From assembly GCA_951406725.2 (NCBI GenBank), contig OX597828.1, positions 28,520,001 through 28,584,000 of the forward strand: a DNA stretch of 64,000 nt. The letters run 5' to 3'. Source of the stretch: Octopus vulgaris (Eukaryota). How positions within the stretch are numbered: the stretch's first letter is position 1; each line of letters opens with the position of its first letter. Positions 12,817 to 27,420 of this stretch are shown one piece after another. Under the pieces are notes generated by a model, which saw only the letters and a program-made list of their open reading frames with translations, did not search any database and was not told the origin of the DNA. A program made the translations under genes and the position numbers.

Positions 12817-14791
12817 GCCTTACATACATGTATACACTTATGCACACACATGTACGCACCTGAAGACATCGGGCTGGAGGGGAACATGGGATGTTGACAT
12901 CACATACATTTCATATTCATTGAACACTCTGCATTATGTTCTTCAGTATTGCAATAGCCTCAAGTAGGAATAATTTCTGCTAGTGATTTCTTAGGAAATG
13001 GTTAGAAAATTAATTTTTAAAATAACTTTGGATTTCTTTTCTTTTCACCTTTTTATGATTCTAATTCTTTCTTTCTTTCCATATTTTCTTTTTTTGTTTT
13101 TTTTTCATTTTTCAGTTAAGGAAATTTTTTTTATATTTTTCTTTTTTTTTTCTTACCCAAATAAAATCAATAAATCCTTAATATGCCTGCTATTTAACAA
13201 GCATTAAACAAGTATATTACCACCTGAATGCACACGTGTGCAAAGTCGCAAACTGCAAAGAAATTGGGTTATGATTTGAGATTTCAATAAACTTTAATAG
13301 CTGAGAGAGTTTTATTGTCTCTCATATGGTACATAATCTATTTTGGAATTTTGTCACTAAAATGAGTCTGAGATTGGTTTTAGGGAAATCTCTGTCCTGT
13401 GTAAGGATTCTTCTCTTTTTGCCATTTTTTTTCTTTCCATTCTCAGATTTTTCTCTTATTTGTTTTCTCACCATTCTTACAGCAATAGATTAATAAAACA
13501 AACGTATTGCAAAATAAGACGAAAAATAGCTGGTGCTAAAATGGATTATGGAATAAGGTGAGTTATTTACTCTGTCGCAGGTCAGAGGTTCAAATCTAAT
13601 CTTATACAAATATTTTGTGTTTTTACTGAACTATCTTCTTAATTCTTAGATGCTTTGCTCTACCTATCACCGAAAAGATATATCTTTTATCCTTTACTTG
13701 TTTTAGACACTGGAGTGCGACCATGCTGGAGCACCAGTTTGAATGCTTAAAGCCAACAAATCTACCCCAGTCTGGTTCGTTTTGTTGGACAAATAAATTA
13801 TAGGCTTATAAACAAACCAGCATCAGTCCTCAAGCAGTTGGATGCCGGACATACACAACCCCAAACAAACAAAAACAAATGATCAAAAGTCCTTCCCAGC
13901 CAGAGGCTCATAAGGCCAGTTTCCCAGATTCTGTAGTATATACGTCCCCTCCTCCACTGGTCGATTTTGCCAGCTAAGTGGACAGCAGCAAAAAGAAATA
14001 AAGTGTTTTTACTTATGAACACAATGCGTTGCCCAGTCTAGGAATCAAAACCACAATCTTATGATCATGAGCATAACACCCTAACCACTTAGCCATATGC
14101 CTACACACACAAACACACATGTACGTATACACAGATACACACACTGAGAGAGAGAGAGGAATTACACAAATAATATAAGTAAGGTTATGGACCAAAGAAG
14201 AGACAAACAAATTAATAATACATGGAGTCAGACAAATAAAAGCATGGGATTGTAAAAAGTATAAAATATAAAGCAAACAAACAACAATCAAAAAAGTGTC
14301 GACTGAAGACTAGCTTCGACACAGTTTCCATTTATGAAATTTCACTCACCTAACATTGATTAATCTGAGGCTATGATGGCAAGCAGTTGCTCAAATTGCT
14401 CTGCATTAGAAATGAACTTAGGACCACATGCTTGTTAAGCAAATGTTTTTATCAAATAACCATAAACTTTGACACAGGAAAACTCATATATATATATATA
14501 TATATATATATCGCTGCTTGGAATTTTATTTTAATTCTCTCGCAGGAAGGCCTAGTGGATTAGTGTTCTGTCTTGCCTTCGAAACACGCTTGAGTCTACT
14601 AGCGACAGCTGATGACGGGGTCTTTTTTCCTTGTGTAGCACGTCCTGTAACTGTTTTCTTGTTTTTCGCGTTTCTACGTCTTGCTGTGGTGTCCTGTACT
14701 CACGTATAATTATTTATACATGCATGTATATATACATGTAGATGTAGGTACGTACATATATGTTTGTATGTATGCATATATTTTTATTTAT

Positions 14792-14830
<39 letters not shown>

Positions 14831-15019
14831 TTATTCAAACACCTACATGATATAAAATGAATATAAGTAGTTTTATTTGCTAATTTGAATCATTGTGTGT
14901 GTGTGTGTGTGTGTTCATTCTGTTTTTAATTATTTAAATTCTTCCTCAGAAGAAGGAGCTTGTTTCTAACAAAGATAGAAAGCTCCATCATTGGAATGTG
15001 GATAACAAAAAAAGCAATG

Positions 15020-15255
15020 TCAGATTTTAGACTTGAGAAAAGTCTTGCATATCATTACTGTTCCACTCACAGATTGTATTCGTAATGTGTGGGTTGATTG
15101 ATTGATTTCTTTCTCTGAATATCCAAGTTTATTCAGTTTAGAAATTTACTCACAAAATCAAGTGCACCAATTATTATTGGTATAAATGTGAATTTATAAT
15201 CTGGATATAGAAGCTTGAAGTTTCAAAGCAGCTCTCCATAGTTATCCTCTTTCTT
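15020..15255 (-). pseudogene. R4/Dong-like (RLE) LINE C-terminal remnant
   Basis: Minus strand reads [31 protein letters not shown], containing the IIIGALG-type RLE-LINE motif. Confidence 0.6.
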
Positions 15256-15256
<1 letters not shown>

Positions 15257-15322
<66 letters not shown>

Positions 15323-15402
15323 GTCTGTCTGTCTGTCTATCTGTCTACCTGTCTGTCTGTCTATCTGTCTGTCTGTCTGTCTGTCTGTCTGTATGTCTGT
15401 CG

Positions 15403-15458
<56 letters not shown>

Positions 15459-15530
15459 GCCTTCCTGTCTGTCTGTGTTTGTATGTATGTATGTATGTAT
15501 GCATGCATGCATGCATGCATGTATGTATCA
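15257..15530. repeat. Compound tetranucleotide microsatellite (TCTA)n(TCTG)n(TATG)n(CATG)n
   Basis: Direct inspection. Confidence 0.95.
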
Positions 15531-15785
15531 TTTAGGTCTACATCATTACATATGCTGCTAAGAAAAAGAGGACTCAATGTTATATACTGTTATGTGTGTT
15601 CAAATATGAATGAGAAGCAGGTCAAGGGATAAACAATATCAAACACACATACACAAGGTATGTGTTTTGCCAGTTTGTGAGTAGGCTGCAATTTTAGGTG
15701 TTTATAAGAATTATCTTATGAACTTATTAACACTTATTCTTTTGTCATCTGTATTTGTCTTATACACATGAAATATGAGCATATA

Positions 15786-16190
15786 GGTGCAGGCAGCATA
15801 TAGTTGTGTGGTATGAAGCTTGCTTCCTAACCACAGGGTTCCGGGTTCAGTCCCACTGTGTAGCACCTTAGGTAAGTGTCTTCTACTATAGCCTTGAGTC
15901 AATCAAAACCTTGTGAGTGGATTTTGTTCACGGAAACTGAAAGAAGCCTGTCGTATATATGTATGTTTGTATTTATGTGTCTGAGTTTGTCCCACCACCA
16001 TCGCTTGATAACTGATGCTGGTGTGTTTATGACACCATAACTTGGTGGTTTGGCAAAAGAGAATGATAGAATAAGTAGTAGGCCTACAAAGAAAATGCCA
16101 TAGAACTCATTTTTTTTTACTAAAACCCTTGAAGGCAGTGCTCCAGCATAGCTACAGTCAAATGACTGAAACAATTAAAAATGATAAAAG
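15786..16190 (+). mobile_element. SINE family A
   Basis: Homology to 9598-10002. Confidence 0.8.
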
Positions 16191-16282
16191 AATATATATA
16201 TATAATACATTTACCATATATGATGATCATCATCATTTGGACAATGGACATTAAATGATGATGATGGTCCTCTCATCATATT

Positions 16283-16631
16283 CTACTTGTTTCAGTCATT
16301 TGACTGTGGCCATGCTGGAGCACCGCTTTTAGTCGAACAAATTGACTAATACTTACTCCATCCCTCTCTTTTGCTGAACCACTAAGTTACAGGGACATAA
16401 ACACACCAACATCGGTTGTCAAGCGATGGTGGAGGGGACAAACACAGACACACAAATACATACCTATATATATATATATATATATATATACAAGGGGCTT
16501 GTTTCAGTTTACCAAATCCAATCACAAGGCTATAGCAAAAGACTCTTGCCCAAGGTGCCACGCAGTGGGACTGAACCTGGAACCATGTGGTTGAGAAGCA
16601 AGCTTCTTACCACACGGCCACACCTGTACCT
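16283..16631 (-). mobile_element. SINE family A with internal deletions
   Basis: Homology to 10690-11102. Confidence 0.8.
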
Positions 16632-17531
16632 ATATATTTTATATATATATATCATATTTATATATATGGCAGTGCCCCAGCATGGTCGCTGCTTTCAAGC
16701 TGAAACTAGTAAAAAGAAAATATGTATAGTATTAGTAGCCTTCATGTTTGTAGTAGTGTGTGGGGTGGGGGGTAATAGTACTGCTGCTTTTGCTAGTAGT
16801 AGTGGTGGTAGTTACAAGTGCAGTCTTGGTTGATTATCCAAAGAAGAGTTATTGTTGTCCTTAGTGATAATGGTGGGGAGGGGGTGGCAGTGGTAGTAGG
16901 GATGTTTTTATTTTATTTTATTTTTTTTAGTTACAGAAAAAAAAAAGCAGGGGTTCACTAACAAGGTGGGTGATAATTTGTGGTGGTAGGGTGAAAGGAA
17001 ACCAGGAAGAGATGGACTGGAATCAAAGGACAAAGAAGAGTAGAGTGGAATCTAAAACAAGAAGAGTAAGAGAGAGAGAGAGTGAGAAAGGGGGGGAGAT
17101 AGTGAAAGAGAAACACATTGTTGGGTGGAAGCTGGTTTATAGTTCAATTGGTGGGGGTAAAAGAAGGCAAAGGAGGCGAATAGGGAGCTGCAGGGACAGA
17201 GCAATGGAAAATATGGTAATATCTAAGGAAGATGTAGGGGTGAATGGAAATGAGAGTGAGAGAAGGGGTGGAGAAGATTGAGGAGGAGAAGGATTAAAAG
17301 ACTTAGTAATGACACCAACAGACTTGTCATTTCTTCCCTCCCTCCTTTCCTTCATTTTATTTCATAAGGGGTGTGTAGGGGGTGGAAGGGTTATACACCC
17401 CAGCACCTGCTATTGACATAATTACTATCATCATAATATACATCATAAAAACACTGCCAGTGTGATATGGTAATTAGCACAGTTAATTATGATATTTAAC
17501 ATTGTTGTCATTGTTAATAATAATGATGATG

Positions 17532-17577
<46 letters not shown>

Positions 17578-17581
17578 TAAT

Positions 17582-18125
17582 AAATGCCCTGATACAGTAC
17601 CAGAGGCTCTCATGGCTTCTGATCTTAACTGATGGAAGTGTTATCATGTACATTGTTTTGTCTTGGTTTAAAAGATGGGCTACAGCAAATATTCTGCTCA
17701 ATACCACAGATTTGCTTGTCAGTTGTTTGACCTTAACCAGTTGAGCATGTCCCTTAGTGGCTGACGATATGTGCATCTCTGATCACGAGCAGAAGTAGTG
17801 AAGGAGCATCATAGGCATGTGTTGAAAGGAATTCTTGGAGGTTTGGATAATTAACCTTTGGGTGGTTCATTCAAAAACAATCCTTATTCAGGGACCTTTT
17901 GAGTGGGATGGGTTACTCGACCAGAAGAAAATTCTAACTGGGCCCCACCTGCAAGGTTATGCAGTGTTTATCTTGAAATGAGATCACCATGTCACGCACA
18001 TATGGTTGTGATGCATGTGCCTAGTGTACCCTTATCAGGCGGGTAGTCATGATGAGTATACTGAGCTTCATATATATTTACCCCAGTGTCACTTTGATGG
18101 CATGCTCTGCTCTCTCTCACTCAAT
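17582..18125 (+). mobile_element. ~550-bp interspersed repeat (family E) inserted in (AAT)n
   Basis: An inverted homolog lies at ~20925-21471; both copies are flanked by (AAT/ATT)n. Confidence 0.8.
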
Positions 18126-18539
18126 AATAATAATAATAATAATAATTTGTTTCTAATATAGATACAGGGCTAGAAATTTTGAAGGGTGTGAGGTGGTTTG
18201 TTGATGATATTGACCCTGGTACTTGACAGGTACTTTGTTTTACCAGCCCTGAAAAAATGGAAGACAAAGTTGATTTTGGTAAAATTTGAATGTAATATAC
18301 AAAGATTTACAAACTAAATATCAAATCATATTAATAATTCTTTCTACTTTGGGCACAATTTAGGGGCCAATGCAATCAACTAGGCCCTTTCTCACAAATT
18401 TCAGTCCTCGTGCCCATAGACAGTCTAAAGGTCTATTATTATTATTTTGGTTTGACTCAGGTTCAGGCTTATTTCTGCTAGGATTTTGTGGGTAGTGGAT
18501 TACTACCTGTAACCTTAGAAATCCACAAATTTTCAGCAG

Positions 18540-19200
18540 TTTTTCAAATGCTTAGAACCCTCCTGATTATCCTTGCCTCACCAAAGAGAAAAACTTTCTG
18601 TAGAAGCTCTACCAAGCATTCTATTTCAATCTCCTTCAGCCATTTGTCTATATCTTGGGTTACTGTTCCCAAAGCACCAATTATTATACTCACAACCTTT
18701 ACTGTTCACATGCTCCAAATTCTTCCTATTTCAAATTGTAAGGGATTGTATTTTTTTGTTTTTTGACCTCTTTCATTACAATCCTGGAATCAAACAGGAA
18801 TGATGTGTCGATAAGTAAGCAACTTCGCTTGTTCTTATCTATAATTGTTATGTCCAATGTCTATTATTTTCTTATATCTTGTCCGTTAGAATAGGTAAGT
18901 CCCACAAAATCTTACATTTCTCCAACTCCATTACTCTTCCGACTCGATGACTGTACCATGTGTTTCTGGCAAAGTTTTCAGTGTAAAACTTTTACAACTT
19001 GGTCATACCTCTATTTCTTATATTCTTCCTGTGCCAACTTGGGTCATTCTGTCACACTGTGTGCCACTGCCTGCTTCCAGGTTCCACAGACTCTACATTT
19101 TTCTTACACATTCTCTCCATATATATTTTTCCTTGAGTTGTTACAATAAGGCTCTCTTTCATTTTTAAATTTCCCCTTTTCTAAAGAAGCCCAGGATTTT
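18540..19200 (-). pseudogene. R4/Dong-like RLE LINE C-terminus (degenerate)
   Basis: Minus-strand fragments CKILWDLPILTDK, LDITIIDKNKRSCLLID, IIIGALGTVT and LLQKVFLFGEARIIRRVLSI, with frameshifts and stops. Confidence 0.75.
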
Positions 19201-19473
19201 GTTCCACATACATCTAATTATTATTATTATTATCATTATTATTATTAAGGCAGCAAGCTGGCAGAATTGTTATCACATTGGGCGAAATGCTTAGTGGCAT
19301 TTCATCCGTCTTTACATTTTGAGTTCAAATTCTGAGTTCAAATTCAGCCGAGATTGACTTTGCCTTTTGGCTTTTTGTGATCAATTAAATAAATACCAGT
19401 TACACACTGAGGTCGATGTAATCAACTTAATTCCTTCCCCAAAATTTGAGGCCTTGCGCTACCTGTGGAAAAG

Positions 19474-19530
<57 letters not shown>

Positions 19531-19829
19531 TGTTTGGTTTTTGCTCTGTATTTGTACAAGTTGACTCCAAGTCTCACTCAGAGACCTCAAGAGACAATAA
19601 GTCAGAAGTTCAAGTTGGTGTTATGACTAGAGTGCCATATATTTGGTTTTGCACAAAGTATTGCTCTAGAGAATGTCTGTCAAAGCATAAGAAAATTAGA
19701 AGTTTGTTTTAAAAGTAATTTGGTGATAAGATAACAGTGTGGTCTTAAGATGACTGTAAATTGTTTTTTGCTATAGTGTACATTTAAAAGTACTTTTGGT
19801 AATGTTCACAGATTAAAATGTTTTTTTAA

Positions 19830-20160
19830 TCACATTGACAATATTTTTCTTAGAATATGAGCAATTCCCATGAGTAATATTTTTTGAATTTCTTTCATTT
19901 TTGGATTTTCTGGTATCTGAGCTAGGTAGGAATCAGCCCATTTTGCTATCATTCCTAGGGCCCCTATGACAACAGGTATTGTTTTAGTCTTGAGGTTCCA
20001 TACTTTGCCAATTACTATTTCAAGATTTTAATATTTGCTCAGTTTTTAGTAGGTCTTAATAGATACATTTATGTCGATTGAGAGAGTCATATAGATGTGG
20101 AGGCATGATTTTTGTCTGAAATTCTTCAATATGATATCGGGCCTATTTGCATGTCTGTTT
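19830..20160 (-). pseudogene. R4/Dong-like RLE LINE C-terminus (degenerate)
   Basis: HANRPDIILKN...KLSKY*NLEIVIGKVWNLKTKTIPVVIGALGMI...ILLMGIAHILRKILS. Further fragments lie at ~20385-20540(+) (EILWDFTIECD...WRPDIVVVDK) and ~20730-20880(-) (VPVIIGTLG). Confidence 0.75.
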
Positions 20161-20924
20161 GAAAAGTATTTGCATGTCTGTTTGAAAAGTAAAGTTCCAA
20201 AAGAGTGAGATGCAATCATTTTGAAATGCTGGAAGTGGTTTGTGTTCCCACCAGTTTTTATCATGGGGTAGGTCTAGGTTTTTGCAAATTACTCAGTGAA
20301 TATACTATACCACTCTATCATGCTTATTATAATTATAATTATTATCATCATCATCAGTTTTGGAAACACAGAAATGATTTGAATATAAACCAGAATGTGT
20401 CACCAACAATAAGGAATATGAAATCCTATGGGATTTTACAATCGAGTGTGACTCAGTGATTGATACTTGGAGACCAGACATTGTTGTTGTGGATAAAAAA
20501 GGAAGCAAAGATCATAGACATTACCATATCTGGAGACACACATTATTGTTGCTTTCTTTTATACAAACTGTTCCAAGTGTCACCCACAGACCTCAAGCAA
20601 GCTGGACTTTTTACTATGGGTGTTATTTATGATTGGCAATGATATATTGAAGAGCAAAGAGACCAGATTCTGTTAAATTTGTAACATTTCTAATTTGAAA
20701 GAGTTTTAAAAGAATCAGCTATATTCAGGTTGACAATGTTTTTCTAAGGATGTAGGTAATACACATGAGAACAATTTTTGGTAGTTCTGATAATTTTGGT
20801 TTTCCTGCTATTTGGTTATCATATAAGAGTGCCATTTGGTATTATTCCCAGAGTTCCAATGATCACAGGTACGGTTGTCCTATTATTATTATTATTATTA
20901 TTATTATAATTATTATTATTTTTA

Positions 20925-21469
20925 TTGAGCAAGAGAGCAGTGCATGCCATCAAAATGACACTGGGGAAAATATATGAAGCCCTGTATACCCATCAATAAA
21001 AGTACACCAGACACATGTATTACAACCAAATGTGCACAATATGGTGATCTTAAAACAAGACAAATAGTACATAACTTTGCAGGTGGGGCCCAGTTAGAAT
21101 TTTCTTTAGGTTGAGTAGCCCATCCCACTCGAAAGGTCCCTGAATAAGGTTTGTTTTAAGGATGATGAACAAAACGCCCATGTTTCTGAAAGGTGAATTA
21201 TTCAAACCCCAAAGAATTCTTCTCAAAACAATGGCTATTATGCAACCCCATTACTCCTGCTCATCATCAGAGATGCACATATCGTCAGCGACTAAGGGGC
21301 ATCCTCGACTGGTTAAGGTAAAAAAACTGACAAGCAAATCTGTGGTATTGAGCAGAATATTTGCTGTAGCCTATCCTTTATACCAAGACAAAACAATGTA
21401 CATAATAACACTTCCAATCTGTTAAGATCAGAAGCCATGATAGCCACTGCCTGGTACTGTATCAGGGCA

Positions 21470-21471
<2 letters not shown>
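20925..21471 (-). mobile_element. Family E repeat (inverted copy of 17582-18125)
   Basis: Both copies translate to the shared segment MHISSATKGH..LVKVK.LTSKSVVLSRIFAVA. Confidence 0.8.
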
Positions 21472-21500
<29 letters not shown>

Positions 21501-22276
21501 CTGAACTGGCAGAATTGTTAGCATGCTGAGCAAAATGCTTAGCAGCATTTTATCTGTCTTTACATTCTGAGTTCAAATTCCACCAATGTCAGCTTTGCTT
21601 TTCATCCTTTCGGGGATCAATAAACTAAGTACCAGTTGAGCCTTGGGGGTCACTATAATCGACTGCCCCCATTTCAAACCCTCGTGCCTAGAGTGGAAAG
21701 GATTATTATCATTACTACAGCAGCAAGCTGACAGAATCGTTAGCACACCAGACAAAATGTTTTTCAGCTTTTCATCCATATCTTTACATTCTGAGTTCAA
21801 ATTCTGCTGAGGTCAACTTTGCTTTTCATCCTTTCAGGGTTGATGAAATAATTATCAGTTAAGAACTGAGGTCAATGTAATCAACTTCCCCACCCCTCAA
21901 AATTACTGGTCTTGTGCCAAAATTTGAAACCATTATCATAATTAGATTGGCAGAAAAGGTAGGATTAAATATCATGCTGTTTGTATTTACTGTGTTTTTG
22001 TTTTTGTTTGTTTGTTTTTTTTTACATTTGGAGTTCAAATATGGCAGACCACATTTTCCAAGTCTTACCAATTCTTGTATTCCATAATCTACCGTTTATG
22101 GAGTAGAAAAAGTAAGCTGACGGTTAAATTACATTTAGTTAGATCCGAGATTTCCTTGGTGAAAAGACAGGAAGAGGCATGAACATCATAACATCCCATT
22201 CCCCTCTTTCTTTTACAAAACTAATGTCTAAGTAGGAAGCCGATAATAAAAAATAGTGATAGTGTTACTACTTCTG

Positions 22277-22315
<39 letters not shown>

Positions 22316-23034
22316 ACAACAGCAATGATAATAAATGATAATGATACTAATGCTGTTGCTGCTGCTGATGATGATGATAATTATCGTTCTAGGTGGATTA
22401 AAACAAATTTATTGTGAGTAATAATATCAAATTAAAGCATAGATTGTCGTTTTAGAGAAATTGTTATCAACATCTATTTTGCTTCTAATTAGTTTGCTTG
22501 TATTAAAAAAAAAAAAAACTAATTAGAGGAGAAATTATTAAAAGAAAAAGAAGCTAAAAAAAAAATCTTCAAAAATCTGACAGAAAATTAACCAAAAATA
22601 ATAAAACATAAAAAATGATATAACATTGAAAAATAAAAAATAAATAATTAATTAGATTATTTTGTTGTATTTTTTAAATTTTATTTTAGGTTGGTTTTTT
22701 TTTTGTTCTTTTCTTTTTTTTTTTATAACTTTGAATTCTGCAGAATTTATGTAGACGCTCAACAAACATGGCAAATTGAAAATTTATTCTATTGTCAATT
22801 AGAATTATAGGTTCCAAGAAGGTTGGAAATACCCGGCTAAGAGCGGTATTGGGTGGTGTGCGGGGGTGGGAGGGGGGAAGAAGAATAAATTCGGAACTGT
22901 TTCATTTTTTTGAATATTATTAACAACAACAACAACAACGAGTAATAATAATGATAATAATAATAATAATAATGATGATAATAACGATGATAATAATCGA
23001 GATTAATAATCAGGACTATAAGGATGGTGGCAAC

Positions 23035-23108
<74 letters not shown>

Positions 23109-24559
23109 TAATAATAACTATTTGATGATGATGATGATTTAATGGTGATGATAATAACTATGATGAGAAGAAAAATGACAACTCTAGCAACATCATCATC
23201 ATCAACAACAACAACAGCAGCAAGCATTGTGATAATACTATGTTGGTGATTTTTTTCCTTTTTTTTGGCAATGATGGTGATGATAATGGTGATGATTATG
23301 ATGACTATATTATCCCCATCATCATCATTATTAACCGTAGTAAATGTAAACTAGCTGCAGTGGTGGTATTGGTAGTGGTGGTTGTGGTGGTGGTGGTGGT
23401 GATAGTGAACCCATAGCAGTTTTTTCCTTAAAAAAAATATAAAAATATAAATATAACCCCAGAAAATCACACACACACACACACACAAACTCCTGTTAGA
23501 TGTTACAAGTGATTGCAATCTTTAGAAGACAACATTAGCATCAACAGCTTACAATTACTGTGGAGTAATCATGTGCACTTCTTTATCCTATTCACACACA
23601 CACACACGTGCACACCCATGCATGCACACACATGCATGCACACACTTGCAAACATACACAGACACACAGAGCAGAAAGTGGTGGGGGGGAAAGTCTAATG
23701 AAGAGGTAAGTTTTCAAGCTGTCGGTGTGAAATAATTGATGGCTTTGGTTACCCTCGACATGATAAACGATAACATGCAAGCTTAAAAAATTCGCTCTTA
23801 CTAAAGCAGCGTTTAAGTTTTCAATAAGTGAGGATCAAAAGTCAATGAACACACTTGGTTTATCATGTCGGCCAATCATTTGACACTGGCTGATCATTCA
23901 TCACTCATCCTGCAAGAAGACATTGTCGTCATCATCATCGATTCTTTCTACTCTAGGTACCAGACCTGAAATTTTAGGTGAAGGGGTTAAGTTAATTATT
24001 TTGACCCCAGATGAAAGACAAAGTTGACTTGGATGGAATTTGAACCCAACGTTAAACACACCATTCGAGCGTGATCGTTACCGCGTTGCCTTACTAGCAC
24101 TTGTGCCGGTGGCACATGAAACATTCGAGCGAGGTCGTTGCCAGTGCCGCTGGACTGGCTCCTGTGCAGGTGGCACATAAAAAGCACCATTTGGGCGTGG
24201 CTGTTGCCAGTACCACCTAACTGGCCCTCGTGCTGGTGGCACGTAAAAGCATCCACTACACTCTCAGAGTGGTTGGCATTAGGAAGGGCATCCAGCTGTA
24301 GAAACTGCCAGATCACATTGGAGTCTGGTTCGCCAAACCTCAGCCAAATCGTCCAACCCATGCTAGCATGGAAAGCGGACGTTAAATTATGATGATGATG
24401 ATGATGAATGTAAAGAGCTGGAGGAAAAGCTGCCAAGCAATTTGTTACATTTGGTAAGAATTTTGACAGCTGACTTCATTGAAGTGTTCTAATAATATTT
24501 GTTTCTGTCAATGGTACAATGTCTGAAATTTGGCAAGGTAAAAGGGGAATCGTTTTCTT

Positions 24560-24760
24560 CCAGACGAAATCAAGAGAAGAGCAAAGCAGTGCCCAGTGTC
24601 CATCACCAACTGAATTGGCTGCTACATGTTGTAAGACCCCTAATGAAGAGACTCACCAACCAAGCCTTAAGTGGAATCCTTGGATGCAACAGTGGAAGGG
24701 AGGGACATCCCAAGATGAACTGGCACCAAACGGTCAACCAAAGCCTTCCTTAGACTGATT
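24560..24760 (+). pseudogene. RTE-type LINE C-terminal remnant
   Basis: LNWLLHVVRPLMKRLTNQALSGILGCNSGREGHPKMNWHQTVNQSL resembles the RTE pattern W.GHV.R...GRP...W...V..DL. Confidence 0.55.
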
Positions 24761-25462
24761 CACTGACAATTGTTACTGACCTATCCTGCAGGAATATTTT
24801 CACACAGGAGCACCTAGGTCTTGGTAAATTAGAGGAATAATTAATTATATCATCTCCAGTAAACCATAACCTTAACCTTAATTTCCATTAAATATATATA
24901 AATTAAATTAGAGATAAAACCACTATTAGGCAACTCAATTTAATTTATATTTATACTGTGAAATTTGATTTAATCCTAAATCTAATTTTTCCCTGTAAGT
25001 TTGGATATACTCCCTAATATTATTATTATTAATATATATATATATATATATATAATGGAAATTGTAGTTGCGAGCCCCATGACAGTAGCACATAAAAAGC
25101 ACCATCCAAACATGACGTAAAAAGCACCACTACACTCTTGTAGTGGTTGGCATTAGAAAGGGCATCCAGCACTAGAAACACTGCCAGATCAGATTGGGGC
25201 CTGGTGCAGCCTCATGGCTTCCCTGACCCCAGTTGAACTGTCCAACTCATGCCAGTATGGAAAACAGACATTAAACAATGATAATGATGATAATGATATA
25301 TACATATTCTCTCCCTGTTTATTTCTGTGTTCCTTTCTGTCGAAGAGCATAGGCTCGAAATGTAAAAGACTTTCTCACTTCCCGAGTATTAAACTAATAC
25401 ACCTGCTTGTTGTTTATACACCTGCCTTTGCCTTTTTGTTTTTTGTAAATTCTCACTATATA

Positions 25463-25579
25463 TAGGAGTTGCTGTGTGGTAATTAGCTTGCTTACCAGCC
25501 ACAAGTGTCTTCTACTATAACCTTGGGCCACCCAAAGCCTTGTGAGTGGATTTGGTAGATGGAAACTGAAAGAAGCCTG

Positions 25580-25614
<35 letters not shown>

Positions 25615-25816
25615 AGTGTGCGTGTCTGTGTTTGTCCCCACTCCACCATTGCTTGGCAATCGATGTCGGTGTGTTCATGCCCCCATAATCTAATGGTTCA
25701 GCAAAAGAGACCGATAGAATAAATGCCAGGCTTACAAAGAATAAATCCTGGAGTCAATTTGTTCAACTAAAGGCGGTGCTCCAGCATGGCTGCAGTCAAA
25801 TGACAAACAAATAAAA

Positions 25817-25820
<4 letters not shown>
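25463..25820 (+). mobile_element. SINE family A
   Basis: Homology to family A, with a deletion in the head. Confidence 0.8.
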
Positions 25821-25869
<49 letters not shown>

Positions 25870-27035
25870 GTGTGTGCAAGTGTTTGCATATTGTTGTTTA
25901 ACCCCAAGTGAACCCTGATTAAGCAAATCTAGGTATATTCAGGGCCATACCAAATGTGAGCATCTTCCATTGACACAGTGTAACCTGGACTATTCAGGCC
26001 AATGTATCGTTTTTATGTCTCAATATGCTAGGTTTGTGACATGTGGGATATTTAGCTGCTGTTTCTTGTAGAGAGGCAACCAGACTCATAGAGGCTCATT
26101 CACTATGCATCTTGAATGGGAACAGAGTGAGAGGGACAGTTTTGGTTTGTTAGATTATAAAAATTATAAAACCCTCTCTCTCTCTTCCTCAGTTCTTGTC
26201 ATTTATCCCTTCCTATCTAATTCAACTCTCAATCCTTTTTCTACATCTTTCCTCATAACTCTTATCCTCCCTCTCTTTCTCTCTCACATGCAGGCACACA
26301 CCCCTACACACATCTCCAGAGTTCACCACTGATATGAAACAGGCAATTTGCTAATGTTTTTCCAAGTGACAACAGCCTCGACTAACCGTTATAATAATTA
26401 GCAAGCATCATATTAAATACCCTATTTTTTTTTGCCAGCTGAGTCCACCTGATGAAGGAGACCCCTTATTTATTTATCTATTTATCTATTTATTTATTTA
26501 TTTATTTATTTGTCCAACCCATGCTAGCATGGAGAACGGATGTTAAACGATGATGATGATGTCCAATCTCTCTTCTTCCACCAACACCACTTTGTTATTG
26601 CTTTCCTGGAAGGAGTAGCCAATAATTAATATTCTTCAGAGATACAATATAATTATTATGAACTTCAGTCCACAGAGACTTATTAATATTTTAGATTTCA
26701 TTTCATAATAACTTTATTTTCTTATGTTCATACGAGAGAGGATAAACCAGTCACTTATTTTACTTGTTCCATGTTAAGTGTTGACCTGACTCATTTCATT
26801 CATGTTTTATTTTCTCTTCTAATCCTCCTGATTTCTACACTGTGTGTTGCATAAAACAGAGACAGGCTTAGCTGTGTGGTTAAAAAGCTCACTTTTCAAC
26901 CACATGATTTCAGGTTCACTTCTACTAGGAAGCACCTTGGGTCTATGCCTTGGGCCAGCCAATGCCCTGGGAATGAATTTAGAAGAGTGAAATTCAAAGA
27001 AGTCCATCACATGTGTATATACACACACACACATA

Positions 27036-27080
<45 letters not shown>

Positions 27081-27270
27081 AGTTTTATGGGGACTTCTTT
27101 CCATAAATTTCCCGTACATCATATACAAGTATTACTTTCACATCTTCGCAAATTTACACCTGTAAACTACCAGCAAAATATGAAGAATCAACATTAGAAA
27201 TCTTTTTTGGAAACCTCTAAATTAAAGGACGAATCTACATTCAACGTTTTTACACCTATATATATATATG

Positions 27271-27325
<55 letters not shown>

Positions 27326-27382
27326 CGTATATATATATGTATATGTATATGTATATGTATATATATATGTATATATGTATAT

Positions 27383-27420
<38 letters not shown>

